64,000 nucleotides of DNA from an uncultured Solirubrobacterales bacterium (GCA_963778985.1 CAVZWJ010000015.1:18787-82786), one strand, 5' to 3'. Positions 52,731 through 62,956 are shown, numbered from the stretch's first letter. The notes: generated by a model from the letters alone, not told the origin. Made by a program: numbers and translations.

Positions 52731-54943
52731 GCCGCGAGCGCGAGATCGAACCGCCGCCGGATGTCGTACAGAGTCGTCCGCTCGGCGGCGGGACGCCCGG
52801 CGCGATGCGCCGCGGCGATCAGATCGTCGGGCTCGAGCCGGACACCGTGGTAGCTGCCGGCCATCCGGGAGATCGACTCCTCCATCAGCGTGCCGCCGAG
52901 GTCGTTGACACCCCAGTGCAGCGCCTCGGTGGCGGCATCAAGTCCCATCTTCACCCAACTCGCCTGCAGGCTCGGGATCGTCTTGCCGAGCGCGAGGCGG
53001 AACGCCGCGGTGTGCTTGAGGTTCTCCTCACGGGAGATCTCCTCGACGCCGTGGGTGCGGCCGAGCAGCGTGTGGAAGGGGATGAAAGACAGCGGCACGA
53101 ACTCCGTGAAGCCCCCGGTCCGCTCCTGGAGCTCACGCACGACACGCATGTGCTCGGCGAGCTCCCAGGGCTCTTCGATGTGGCCGAACATGACCGTCGC
53201 CGTCGAGCGCAGGCCGGCGCGGTGCGACGCCTCGATGATCTCGACCCAGCGCGCCACCGGAAGTTTGTTCGGGGAGATCCGCTCGCGCACGCCGTCGTGG
53301 AGCACCTCGGCGGCCGTTCCCGGCGTCGAGCCGAGCCCCGCGTCACGCAGCCGGTCGAACACAACGTCGGGCGCGAGGCCGCTCACGTCGCACATATGGG
53401 CGATCTCCATCGGCGAGTACGCGTGCAGGTGCAGCTGCGGAGCGAGCGATTTGGCGAACCGGAGCCAGTGCAGGTAGTCGTCAAGTCCCCAGTCGGGATG
53501 GATGCCGGACTGCATGCAGATCTCCGTCGCACCGGCCTCCACAGCCTCCTGCACCCGACGCGCGAACTCCTCCTCCTCGTGCACGTACGCGTCCGGCGAG
53601 CGCCGTGACTGGCCGAAGCCGCAGAAGGCGCAGCCGACCGTGCAGATGTTCGAGACGTTGATGTTGCGGTTGATGACGAACGTCACCGTTTCCCCGGCCA
53701 GCTCGCGGCGCAGCTCGTCCGCCGCCCAGCGCATCTCCTCGATCACCTCGGGGCGACGCTCGGAGAAGAGCGCGGTGAGTTCGGGCTCGGTCAGGGTGAC
53801 GCCGTCGCGGGCCTTTGCCACCGCGCGGGGAGCAAGGTCGTCGCCGACAAACCGCTCGACCCGGCGGCCGGAGCCGCGGCGCGGGATGAACGACCAGTAC
53901 ATCGTCTTGATCACGTCCATCACCGGACGGGCCACCCACTCGGGATCGATGTACTCGGAGTACACGCAGAGCCGCTCGGTGAGCGCATATCCGTCCTCCT
54001 GCAGCCGCTTGCGGACCTGCGCCGGCGACGGGAACGGGTGCTCCGGCGAGATGTGGTCACCGTTCGCGCTCAGACCGCCGAGGTCGGTCGCTCCGGCCGC
54101 CACGAGCTCCGGCCACCAATCGCTGAGGTTCGGCGGCACCTGAATCCCGATGTCCGGCATCAACCGCCGCGTCTCCGCGATGAGGCGCTTCATGTCGTCG
54201 ATGGACACCGGGCACGCCCACGCCGGCGCCGGGAGCTGGGGCCCATCCGCGATCCCGGTCTGCCAGTACGCCCGCGCCGCGCCCTCGGCGATCTCGGCGG
54301 GCTCCTCGCCGTAGTAGCTCTGGTGCGGGACGAAGTTCTGGAGGATGACCTCCTGGATATGGCCGTAGCGGCCGTGGAGCGCCGCGAGCGCCTCGAGCGA
54401 CTCCATCCGCTCGTCCTCGGTCTCCCCGATGCCGACGAGGATTCCGCTCGTGAACGGGATTCTCAGCTCGCCGGCGGCGGCGATCGTCTCGATCCGCCGG
54501 GCCGGGTGTTTCGTCGGAGAGCCGGCGTGGACGGTCTCCATCAGCCGCGCGGACACCGACTCGAGCATCAATCCCTGCGACGCCGTCACCTCCCGCAGCC
54601 GGGCGAGATCGACCCGATCGAGCACTCCGAGGTTCGTGTGCGGCAGCAACCCCCGCTCGAGCGCCCGTTCGCACACCCACACGACGTACGCGGTGAAGTC
54701 GGCAAAACCGAGCGCCGCCAACCGCTCCCGCACCCCGGCATTGACCTCCGGCTTCTCGCCCGTGAGCACGAGCAACTCCTTGACCCGGTGCCGAGAGACG
54801 GCCTGGTCGAGAATCCGCTCCACCTCGTCTGGCTCGTGCAGGTGCGGCTGGTGGGTCGCGAACGCGCAGTACTTGCAGTAGCAGCGGCACGTCCGTGACA
54901 GGGACAGCGTGAGATTGCGGCTGAACGTGACGCGACGGCGCAT
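52727..54943 (-). CDS. fbiC: Bifunctional FO synthase (CofG-CofH fusion)
   Basis: Two radical-SAM motifs, CRCYCKYC and CTVGCAFC; NDLGGTLMEESISR. Confidence 0.92.
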   Translation of the reverse strand: MRRRVTFSRNLTLSLSRTCRCYCKYCAFATHQPHLHEPDEVERILDQAVSRHRVKELLVLTGEKPEVNAGVRERLAALGFADFTAYVVWVCERALERGLLPHTNLGVLDRVDLARLREVTASQGLMLESVSARLMETVHAGSPTKHPARRIETIAAAGELRIPFTSGILVGIGETEDERMESLEALAALHGRYGHIQEVILQNFVPHQSYYGEEPAEIAEGAARAYWQTGIADGPQLPAPAWACPVSIDDMKRLIAETRRLMPDIGIQVPPNLSDWWPELVAAGATDLGGLSANGDHISPEHPFPSPAQVRKRLQEDGYALTERLCVYSEYIDPEWVARPVMDVIKTMYWSFIPRRGSGRRVERFVGDDLAPRAVAKARDGVTLTEPELTALFSERRPEVIEEMRWAADELRRELAGETVTFVINRNINVSNICTVGCAFCGFGQSRRSPDAYVHEEEEFARRVQEAVEAGATEICMQSGIHPDWGLDDYLHWLRFAKSLAPQLHLHAYSPMEIAHMCDVSGLAPDVVFDRLRDAGLGSTPGTAAEVLHDGVRERISPNKLPVARWVEIIEASHRAGLRSTATVMFGHIEEPWELAEHMRVVRELQERTGGFTEFVPLSFIPFHTLLGRTHGVEEISREENLKHTAAFRLALGKTIPSLQASWVKMGLDAATEALHWGVNDLGGTLMEESISRMAGSYHGVRLEPDDLIAAAHRAGRPAAERTTLYDIRRRFDLALAA

Positions 54944-55005
54944 GCGTGCTCGGATTCTACGAAGCGGGTGGGGCGTCCCCCGAGGCCGCATATCCTGCTG
55001 CCCGG

Positions 55006-56010
55006 ATGCGCTCCAGGATCGTTGCCCTCAGCATCGCTGTGATCGGCGTTGTTCTCACCCTCGCCGGGTGCGGCGGCGGGAACGCGAACCTGCCGCAGGG
55101 TCAGGACGTCAACCTCGTACTCGACTTCACGCCGAACGCGATCCACGCCGGGATCTACAGCGCCATTGCCCGGACCTTCGATCAGGGTGAGGGCATCAAT
55201 CTCCACGTCCAGGTGCCCTCCGCGAGCACCGATGCGATCAAGCTGCTGGAGACCGGGCGTGCCGACTTCGCGATCCTCGACATCCACGACCTCGCGATCG
55301 CCCGCGAGCACCATCACGACATCGTCGGGATCATGGCCCTGATCGAACGGCCGCTCGCGTCGGTGATCGCTGCGCCCGGGATCGAGAACCCGCGCCAGCT
55401 CGAGGGCAAGACGGTCGGTGTCACCGGCGTCCCGAGCGACACGGCGGTGCTGCGCTCGATCGTCGCCGGCGCCGGGGGCGACCCGAGGAAGGTGAAGACG
55501 ATCACAATCGGTTTCGACGCCGTGCCGGCGCTTCTCGCCCATCGCGTGGCGGCGGCGACCGCGTTCTGGAACGACGAGGGAGTGACGCTCCAGCGGCGCC
55601 GCCCGGGCTCCCACATCTTCCGCGTCGACTCGTACGGCGCTCCCCCCTACCCGGAGCTCGTGCTGTGTGCAACGCGCTCGACGCTGGATGAACAGCCCGG
55701 CATCGCCCACGCGATCGTGCGCACACTCGTCCGCGGCTACGGCGTGACGCTCACCGATCCGGAGGGAAGCGAGGCCGACCTCGAGCAGACGGTGAGCGGC
55801 CTTGACCCCGCGCTCGTCAGCGCGCAGTTGAACGCCGAGCAGCCGGCGTTTCTCGCCCAGGACGGCCATTTCGGCGAGCTGACGCTGAGCGTTCTGCAGG
55901 CGTGGTCGAAGTGGGAGGCACGCTTCGGGATCGTCCGGCAGCCGCCCAACGTGTTCCGGGCGTTCGACCCGCGGTTCGTCGCCGGGACGGCGTCACTGCT
56001 CGGAAGCTAG
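55006..56010 (+). CDS. ABC transporter substrate-binding lipoprotein, NMT1/THI5-like
   Basis: Lipobox LAGC; LDFTPNAIHAG motif. Confidence 0.85.
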   Translation: MRSRIVALSIAVIGVVLTLAGCGGGNANLPQGQDVNLVLDFTPNAIHAGIYSAIARTFDQGEGINLHVQVPSASTDAIKLLETGRADFAILDIHDLAIAREHHHDIVGIMALIERPLASVIAAPGIENPRQLEGKTVGVTGVPSDTAVLRSIVAGAGGDPRKVKTITIGFDAVPALLAHRVAAATAFWNDEGVTLQRRRPGSHIFRVDSYGAPPYPELVLCATRSTLDEQPGIAHAIVRTLVRGYGVTLTDPEGSEADLEQTVSGLDPALVSAQLNAEQPAFLAQDGHFGELTLSVLQAWSKWEARFGIVRQPPNVFRAFDPRFVAGTASLLGS

Positions 56011-57124
56011 TGTCGTGATGCATTAATTCGTCGGTAGGTGGGAAGGGTGGTGGTATGCCCTTGCCTATCGAGCTCGCCGTGGGTGAGCGTGAGCAGTTGG
56101 AGTCGTGGTCGCGGCGGCATAGCAGCGCGCAGGCGTTGGCGTTGCGTTCGCGGATCGTGCTGGCCGCGGCTGAGGGATTGAAGAACACGGAGATCGCTGA
56201 GCGTTTGGCGATCGATATCGCGACGGCTCGGAAGTGGCGCAACCGGTTCGCCGCCGATCGGTTGGATGGGTTGGTCGATGAGCCCGGCCTGGTCAGCCGC
56301 GCACGATCACTGATGCGCAGGTGGAGGAGGTGATCGTCAAGACGCTCGAGAGCGCGCCGACTGACGCGACGCATTGGTCGACGCGGTCGATGGCTCGCGA
56401 GGTCGGGCTCACCCAATCGGCGGTGCATCGGATCTGGAAGGCGTTCGGGCTCCAACCGCATCGCCAGGAGACGTGGAAGCTCTCCAAGGACCCGCCATTC
56501 GTGGCCAAGGTCCGCGACGTCGTCGGCCTCTATCTCGATCCGCCAGAACGGGCCGTGGTGCTGTGCGTCGACGAGAAATCTCAGATCCAGGCGCTGGAGC
56601 GCACAGCGCCGATCTTCCCGATGCTTCCCGGCACCCCCGAGCGCGCGACGCTTGATGACCAGCGCTCGGGCACCTCCCGTCTCGACGCCGCGCTGGACAT
56701 CGCGACCGGGAACGTGATCGGATCCCGGCACGCCCGCCATCGTGCGATCGAGTTGGGGAAGGTCTTGCAGACCCTTGATCGCGAGGTCCCCGCTGGGCTT
56801 GAGGTGCACCTCGTGCTCGACAACGCCTCCACACACAAGACGCCGGCGATCCAGAAATGGCTGAGCGCTCACCCAAGATTCGTTCTGCACTTCACCCCAA
56901 CCAGCTCCTCGTGGCCGAACCTCGTCGAGCGCTGGTTCGGCGAGCTGGCCAACAAGAAACTCCGCCGCGGCGCACACCGATCCGTCCGCGAGCTCAACGC
57001 CGACATCCGTGCGTGGATCCACACCTGGAACGAAAACCCGCGCCCCTACGTGTGGACCAAGACCGCCGAGGAAATCCTCGAATCAATCGCCGCCTACTGC
57101 GGACGGATCAATGAATCACGACAC
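56010..57124 (+). mobile_element. IS630-family insertion sequence
   Basis: Terminal inverted repeats gtgtcgtgat(g/t)catt(a/g)at(t/c)cgtc; TA duplication at 56008-56009 and 57125-57126 in CTAG context. Confidence 0.92.
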
Positions 57125-57127
57125 TAG
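56055..57127 (+). pseudogene. IS630 transposase, frameshift near 56284
   Basis: HTH region, then CVDEKSQIQAL, VLDNASTHK, NLVERWF (DDE); two frames join at DEP-RPG. Confidence 0.85.
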
Positions 57128-57132
57128 ATCGT

Positions 57133-57543
57133 CTAACGGAGCTCCTGCACCCGGATCAGGTTGCCAGACGGATCGCGCACCGAGCAGTCCCGAACCCCGT
57201 ACGGCTGTTCGGTCGGCTCCTGGACGACCTCGGCGTCGCCCCTCTGCAGCCGCTCGAACGTGGCGTCGAGGTCGGGCGTGGCGAGATTGATGCTGGCGTA
57301 GGTCCCCTTGGCCATCATCTCGGCGATCGTGCGCTGTTCGTCGTCGGTGATGCCGGGGGTGGCCTCCGGCGGGTAGAGGACGATCGACGTCCCGGGCTGG
57401 TCGGGCGGCCCGACCGTGATCCAGCGCATCCCGCTGTATCCAACGTCGTTGCGAACCTCGAAGCCGAGGGTGTCGCGATAGAACGCCAGGGCGGCGTCCG
57501 GCTCGTTCTGTGGAAGGAAGCTGGCGTGAATGGTGATGTCCAT
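57133..57543 (-). CDS. VOC/glyoxalase family protein
   Basis: AFYRDTLGF and YGVRDCSVRDPSGN motifs. Confidence 0.9.
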   Translation of the reverse strand: MDITIHASFLPQNEPDAALAFYRDTLGFEVRNDVGYSGMRWITVGPPDQPGTSIVLYPPEATPGITDDEQRTIAEMMAKGTYASINLATPDLDATFERLQRGDAEVVQEPTEQPYGVRDCSVRDPSGNLIRVQELR

Positions 57544-57593
57544 GGCGGTCACTCTAGGCCCCGCTCATGACCCCCGCTTCTCGATTCCTGATC
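57544..57593 (-). promoter_or_regulatory. Conserved promoter/operator, copy 1 (VOC gene)
   Basis: GATCAGGAATCGAGAAGCG-N17-CTAGAGTGACCGCC-ATG. Confidence 0.7.
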
Positions 57594-57997
57594 GGTTTGG
57601 TCACCTGCTTCGCCACGCACGCCGGCATCCCCGCCGTGGCCTGCGTCTGCTCGCGCCGGTACAGGCTCGGCGGCATCCCAACGAGTTCGGTGAAGCGGCT
57701 GCTGAAGGTCCCGAGCGACGAGCAACCAACCTCGAAGCAGATCTCGGTGACGCTGAGATCGCCACGGCGCAGTAGCGCCATCGCCCGCTCGATCCGCCGG
57801 GTCATGAGGTAGCCGTACGGCGACTCGCCGTAGGCCAGCCGGAACTGGCGGCTGAAGTGCCCGGCCGACATGTGAGCGTCACGGGCAAGCGCCTCAACGT
57901 CCAGCGGCTGCGCGTACTCCCGATCGATTCGGTCCCGGACGCGGCGGAGCCGCGCGAGGTCGCTCAGGCGCTGCTCGGCGGCGGCTCGGCCGGACAC
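57554..57997 (-). CDS. AraC-family HTH transcriptional regulator (short)
   Basis: RVRDRIDREYAQPLDVEALA, HFSRQF, SLGTFSSRF motifs. Confidence 0.9.
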   Translation of the reverse strand: MSGRAAAEQRLSDLARLRRVRDRIDREYAQPLDVEALARDAHMSAGHFSRQFRLAYGESPYGYLMTRRIERAMALLRRGDLSVTEICFEVGCSSLGTFSSRFTELVGMPPSLYRREQTQATAGMPACVAKQVTKPIRNREAGVMSGA

Positions 57998-58049
57998 CCA
58001 CGAGATCGTGCCACGTTGCACGAGAGTTGCCCAGGTGAGGCCGGGCCGG

Positions 58050-60440
58050 TCAGGCTCCGACGTACGTCGCGAGGTGTTCGCCGGTGAGCGTGGAGCGGGC
58101 GGCAACGAGGTCGGCGGGGGTGCCCTCGAACACGATCCGTCCGCCGTCATGACCGGCGCCGGGTCCGAGATCGATGATCCAATCCGCGTGCGCCATCACA
58201 CCTTGATTGTGCTCGACCACGATCACCGACTTGCCCGAGTCGACAAGCTGGTCGAGCAGACCGAGCAGCTGCTCGACGTCGGCGAGGTGCAGTCCGGTGG
58301 TTGGCTCATCGAGGATGTAGACGCCGGGCGACTGGGACCGTTTGTCGGTCATATGCGTGGCCAGCTTGAGTCGCTGCCGCTCGCCGCCGGACAGCGTGGT
58401 CAGCGGCTGTCCGAGTCCGAGATATCCGAGCCCGACGTCGGCAAGCCGGCCGAGGATGGCGTGCGCGGCAGGCGTACGAGCCTCGCCGCCGCCGAAGAAC
58501 GGCTCCGCCTCGTCCACCGGCATCGCGAGGACCTCGCTGATGTCCCGGCCGGCCAGGTGATACTCCAGCACCGAGGCGTCGAAGCGCTTCCCGCCGCACT
58601 CCTCGCACGTGGTCGCGACGCCCGCCATCATCCCCAGGTCGGTGTAGATGACGCCGGCGCCGTTGCAGTTGGGGCAGGCGCCCTCGGAGTTCGCGCTGAA
58701 CAACGCGGGCTTGACGCCGTTCGCCTTCGCAAACGCCTTGCGGATCGGGTCGAGCAGTCCGGTGTAGGTCGCCGGGTTGCTCCGTCGCGAGCCGCGGATC
58801 GCAGCCTGGTCGATCGACACCACGCCCTTGTCGGCGGGGATCGACCCGTGCACGAGTGAGCTCTTCCCGGAGCCGGCGACGCCGGTGATGACGACGAGCA
58901 CGCCGAGCGGGATGTCGACGTCGACGCCGCGGAGGTTGTGCGTCGTCGCGCCGCGGATCGCCAGCGTTCCGGAGGGGGTTCGCACCGTCTCCTTGAGAGC
59001 GGCCCGATCCTCCAGATGGTGGCCCGTGAGCGTGTCGCTGGCCCGAAGTCCCTCGACGGTGCCTTCGAAGCACACGGTTCCGCCCGCCTCACCAGCGCCG
59101 GGGCCCAGGTCGACGACGTGGTCGGCGATCGCGATCATGTCCGGCTCATGCTCAACGACGAGCACCGTGTTGCCCTTGTCCCGCAGACGCAGCAACAACC
59201 CGTTCATCCGCTCGATGTCATGCGGGTGCAGTCCCGTCGTCGGCTCGTCGAAGACGTACGTGACGTCGGTGAGTGAGGAGCCGAGATGACCGACCATCTT
59301 GACTCGCTGCGCCTCGCCGCCGGACAGCGTGCCCGACGGCCGGTCGAGCGAGAGATAGCCGAGACCGATCTCGGCGAACGAGTCGAGGGTCTGCTGGAGC
59401 GCAGCGAGGAGGGGCGCCACCGACGGCTCATCGAGACCCCGGACCCAATCCGCAAGGTCACTGATCTGCATCGCGCACGCATCGGCGATGTTGACCGTGC
59501 CGATGCGCGACGTGCGAGCCGCTTCGCTCAGCCGGGTGCCGCCGCAGTCGGGGCACGCGGTGAAGGTGACTGCCCGCTCGACGAACGCCCGGATATGCGG
59601 CTGCATCGACTCCTTGTCCTTGGCGAGCATCGACTTCTGGATTCGTGGGATCAGCCCTTCGTAGGTCATGTTGATGCCCGCGATCTTCATCCGCGTCGGC
59701 TCGTGGTGGAGGAGGTCGTGCCGCTCCTTCTCGGTGTATGCGCGGATCGGCTTGTCCGGATCGACGAAGCCCGACGCGCTGTACAGCCGATAGTTCCAGC
59801 CGCCGAGCGTGTACCCGGGGATCGTGAGCGCCCCTTCAGCGAGCGACTTGGAGTCGTCGTAGAGCTGCGCAAGATCGAGATCGGAGATGGTGCCCCGGCC
59901 TTCGCAGCGTGGGCACATGCCGCCGGCGCGGGTGAACGTCTTGGTCACGGTCTGGCCGGCGCCGCGCTCGACCGTGATCGCCCCGCTTGCCCGGACGGAG
60001 GGCACGTTGAACGAGAACGCGTTGGGCGAGCCGATGTGCGGCCGCCCGAGTCGGCTGAAGAGGATCCGCAGCATTGCGTTGGCATCCGTGGCGGTGCCGA
60101 CCGTCGAGCGCGGGTCGCCACCCATCCGCTCCTGGTCGACCCTGATCGCGGTCGTCAGCCCGTCGAGCACGTCGACCTCCGGTCGCGCCGGCGTTGGCAT
60201 GAAGCCCTGCACGAAGGCGCTGTACGTCTCGTTGATCAGCCGCTGGGACTCGGCGGCGATCGTGTCGAACACGAGCGAGCTCTTGCCCGACCCGGACACC
60301 CCCGTGAACACCGTCAGCCGGCGCTTTGGGATCTCGAGGCTGACGTCCTTGAGGTTGTTCACCCGCGCGCCGTGCACGCGGAGGACATCGTGGCTGTCGG
60401 CGACGTGTCGCGCCGGCGAGTGCGTGTCATCCGAGACCAT
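58050..60440 (-). CDS. UvrA-like ABC ATPase (DrrC/UvrA2 type)
   Basis: Two Walker A motifs (GSGKSS), LSGGE signatures, CxxC zinc fingers; shorter than canonical UvrA. Confidence 0.9.
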   Translation of the reverse strand: MVSDDTHSPARHVADSHDVLRVHGARVNNLKDVSLEIPKRRLTVFTGVSGSGKSSLVFDTIAAESQRLINETYSAFVQGFMPTPARPEVDVLDGLTTAIRVDQERMGGDPRSTVGTATDANAMLRILFSRLGRPHIGSPNAFSFNVPSVRASGAITVERGAGQTVTKTFTRAGGMCPRCEGRGTISDLDLAQLYDDSKSLAEGALTIPGYTLGGWNYRLYSASGFVDPDKPIRAYTEKERHDLLHHEPTRMKIAGINMTYEGLIPRIQKSMLAKDKESMQPHIRAFVERAVTFTACPDCGGTRLSEAARTSRIGTVNIADACAMQISDLADWVRGLDEPSVAPLLAALQQTLDSFAEIGLGYLSLDRPSGTLSGGEAQRVKMVGHLGSSLTDVTYVFDEPTTGLHPHDIERMNGLLLRLRDKGNTVLVVEHEPDMIAIADHVVDLGPGAGEAGGTVCFEGTVEGLRASDTLTGHHLEDRAALKETVRTPSGTLAIRGATTHNLRGVDVDIPLGVLVVITGVAGSGKSSLVHGSIPADKGVVSIDQAAIRGSRRSNPATYTGLLDPIRKAFAKANGVKPALFSANSEGACPNCNGAGVIYTDLGMMAGVATTCEECGGKRFDASVLEYHLAGRDISEVLAMPVDEAEPFFGGGEARTPAAHAILGRLADVGLGYLGLGQPLTTLSGGERQRLKLATHMTDKRSQSPGVYILDEPTTGLHLADVEQLLGLLDQLVDSGKSVIVVEHNQGVMAHADWIIDLGPGAGHDGGRIVFEGTPADLVAARSTLTGEHLATYVGA

Positions 60441-60490
60441 GGCGATCACGCTAGCGACGCCCCGCGGACAGCGCTTCTCCATTCCTGATC
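60441..60490 (-). promoter_or_regulatory. Conserved promoter/operator, copy 2 (uvrA-like gene)
   Basis: GATCAGGAATGGAGAAGCG-N17-CTAGCGTGATCGCC-ATG; same spacing as copy 1. Confidence 0.7.
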
Positions 60491-60521
60491 GTTCGATCGC
60501 GACAGCTTCTGCGCGCGACCG

Positions 60522-60887
60522 CTATTGCGCGTTGAGGCGCTTGTACTCCTCGCGGATCGACTCGGGCCGTCCCCACATCTGCACGACCGCGGCACGGCCG
60601 GTGCGGACCTCACGAACGGCGAGCTCGCCGTCGATCTCGGCCTCGCCGAGCAGCCTGAGTGCGGTATGGACCGCCGGCACTGAGGCCGCGTGCCCAAAGC
60701 GATGGGCGACGATCACGCGCCAGTGCCAGTCGTAGTGCGAGTACGGCTGGGCGTTGCACGTGACGAGCAGGACGGCGGCGTCGACGTAGCGGCGCTCGTC
60801 GAAGATCCGCACGTCGAACTCGAGGTCGGTCCAGTCGTCGGGGAGCGAGTCGACAATCTCGGTGAAGGTGTCTGCGAGGCTGGTCAT
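60522..60887 (-). CDS. Hypothetical protein, coupled to mntH
   Basis: 121-aa ORF with ATGA overlap on the mntH stop and typical codon bias. Confidence 0.7.
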   Translation of the reverse strand: MTSLADTFTEIVDSLPDDWTDLEFDVRIFDERRYVDAAVLLVTCNAQPYSHYDWHWRVIVAHRFGHAASVPAVHTALRLLGEAEIDGELAVREVRTGRAAVVQMWGRPESIREEYKRLNAQ

Positions 60888-62206
60888 GAGAAGAGTTGCT
60901 GGCCGATCAGGAACAGGTTCAGGGCAGTGATGAGCCCGGCCGAGGCAAACGCGAACACGTTCGTCACTGGACGGTTGACATGGGCTCCCATCACGTCGCG
61001 ACGGCTCGTGAACACGACGAGGGGCACCAGAGCGAAGGGTATCCCGAACGACAGCACGACCTGGCTGAGGACGAGGGCACTCGTTGGGTTCACCCCGACG
61101 GCGAGGACCACGAGTGCCGGGATCATCGTGATCGCGCGCCGCACGAGCAGCGGGACGCGGATGTTGATGAACCCGGCCATCACGACCTGACCGGCGTACG
61201 TTCCGACGCTCGAGGACGAGGCCCCGGAAGCGAGCAGCGCGACGGCGAAGGCCAGTGCCGCTCCGCCGCCGACAAGCCGTCCGAACTCACTGTGCGCGGC
61301 CTGGATCGTGCTCAGATTGTGCAACGCCGGCGTGTGAAACAGCTTCGCTGCGACGGCGAGCATCGTGAGGTTGATGATGCCGGCGAGGCTGAGCGCGATG
61401 ATCACGTCGAGGCGCTCAAAGCGCAGGACGACGCGCTTCTCTTCGTCGTTGCGGGCCGGCATCCGCCCGTTCGTGAGCGCCGAGTGGAGATAGATCGCGT
61501 GCGGCATGACCGTCGCCCCGATGATCCCGACCGCGAGGTAGAGATAGCCGTTGCCGTGCAGCGACGGGATCAAGCCGGCCAGAGAGGCATGGGCTGAGGG
61601 CCCGATCCGCAGGGTCTCGTACAAAAAGCCCGCGAACACGAGGGCGAGCAGCGAGGCGATCGCGAGCTCGAAGCGCCGGAAGCCGTGGCGTTGCAGTTCA
61701 AGGATCCCGAACGCGATCACACCGGTGATCAGACCGGCGGCGAACAGCGGCACGTTGAACAGGAGGTTGAGGCCCAGGGCGGCGCCGAGGAACTCCGCGA
61801 TGTCCGTCGACATCGCCATCACCTCGGCCTGGATCCACAGGCCCCACCGCATCGGGCGCGAGAATCGGTGGCGCGCCAGCTCCGGCAGGCTGTGGCCGGT
61901 CGCGATCCCCAACTTGGCCGACAGGTGCTGAATCAACATCGCCATCAGGTTCGCGAGCAACACGACCCACAGCAGCGAGTAGCCAAACCGCGCGCCGCCC
62001 TGAATGTTGGTGGCGAAGTTGCCGGGATCGACGTAGGCGACGGCGGCGACAAACGCCGGGCCGAGCATCGTCAGCGTCGCCCGAAGTCGCCCGCGCTGCA
62101 GGAGCCGCTCGACCGGACTGGGGACGCCGACGGCCTCCGGCAGGGCCACCGACGTGCCGTCGGCGACCGCGCCGGCGGGAACCCGGGTGAGCGGAGGCGG
62201 ACTCAT
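60884..62206 (-). CDS. mntH: Nramp divalent metal (Mn2+) transporter
   Basis: AYVDPGN and GATVMPH motifs. Confidence 0.93.
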   Translation of the reverse strand: MSPPPLTRVPAGAVADGTSVALPEAVGVPSPVERLLQRGRLRATLTMLGPAFVAAVAYVDPGNFATNIQGGARFGYSLLWVVLLANLMAMLIQHLSAKLGIATGHSLPELARHRFSRPMRWGLWIQAEVMAMSTDIAEFLGAALGLNLLFNVPLFAAGLITGVIAFGILELQRHGFRRFELAIASLLALVFAGFLYETLRIGPSAHASLAGLIPSLHGNGYLYLAVGIIGATVMPHAIYLHSALTNGRMPARNDEEKRVVLRFERLDVIIALSLAGIINLTMLAVAAKLFHTPALHNLSTIQAAHSEFGRLVGGGAALAFAVALLASGASSSSVGTYAGQVVMAGFINIRVPLLVRRAITMIPALVVLAVGVNPTSALVLSQVVLSFGIPFALVPLVVFTSRRDVMGAHVNRPVTNVFAFASAGLITALNLFLIGQQLFS

Positions 62207-62880
62207 CCGGTCACCTCTACCCGCATCGCGCGGGCCAGCGCCCCCCCGAGGACGTGGACCTCGTCGCCGAAGCGCACGAACAGGGGCCCATCGAACGGCT
62301 GCTTCTCGATCACCTCGCACGTCGCCCCGGGCGCGATCCCGCGCTCGGCAAGGAACCGCAGCATGTCCGGGTTGGAATCGGAGATGCGGCAGAACGTCCC
62401 CCGCGCGCCCGCACGGAGGTCGTTCAGCGACTGCGTCGGCTGCTCGTCGATCGTCAGCTCGCGGGTGGGGATCGGATCGCCGTGTGGGTCGTGGGTCGGG
62501 TTGCCGAGCTTGGCCGCAATCAGCTCCTCGAGTTCGTCCGAGAGCACGTGCTCGAGGACCTCGGCCTCCGCGTGCACCCGGTCCCACGGCACCCCGAGGC
62601 TCTGCACGAGATAGAGCTCGAGCAGGCGGTGGTGACGCATCACCTCCAGGGCAACCCGCCGGCCCTCGTCGGTGAGCGTGACCCCGCGGTAGGGCTCATG
62701 CTCGACGAGTCCAAGCTCCCCGAGCCGCTTCACCATCCCGGACGCGGACGCGGGCGTCACGCCGAGCCGCGCAGCCAGGGCGTTCGTCGTCACCGCGTCG
62801 CCCATCGCGCGCTCGAGCGCGTAGATCGCCTTCGCATAGTCCTCGACGGCGGACGAGATCGTCGTATCGTGGTGAGCCAT
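62203..62880 (-). CDS. mntR: DtxR/MntR-family metal-dependent repressor with FeoA domain
   Basis: EDYAKAIY, RHHRLLE, EAEVLEH, DPHGDPIP motifs. Confidence 0.88.
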   Translation of the reverse strand: MAHHDTTISSAVEDYAKAIYALERAMGDAVTTNALAARLGVTPASASGMVKRLGELGLVEHEPYRGVTLTDEGRRVALEVMRHHRLLELYLVQSLGVPWDRVHAEAEVLEHVLSDELEELIAAKLGNPTHDPHGDPIPTRELTIDEQPTQSLNDLRAGARGTFCRISDSNPDMLRFLAERGIAPGATCEVIEKQPFDGPLFVRFGDEVHVLGGALARAMRVEVTG

Positions 62881-62888
62881 GACCGCGA

Positions 62889-62904
62889 TTATGGTACGCC
62901 TAAA
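62889..62904 (-). promoter_or_regulatory. Putative MntR/DtxR operator overlapping a -10 element
   Basis: Imperfect palindrome TTTAGGCGTACCATAA; CATAAT lies 7 nt before the mntR ATG. Confidence 0.6.
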
Positions 62905-62956
62905 TTAGATTTTCGGCAAGTCTCGGTGGAGACGGGCGCCAGCTATCCTGTGCGAC

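Noticed and set aside
54946..55005. TPP riboswitch before the NMT1/THI5-like gene
   Set aside because: The gap is only about 60 bp and lacks the CTGAGA core.
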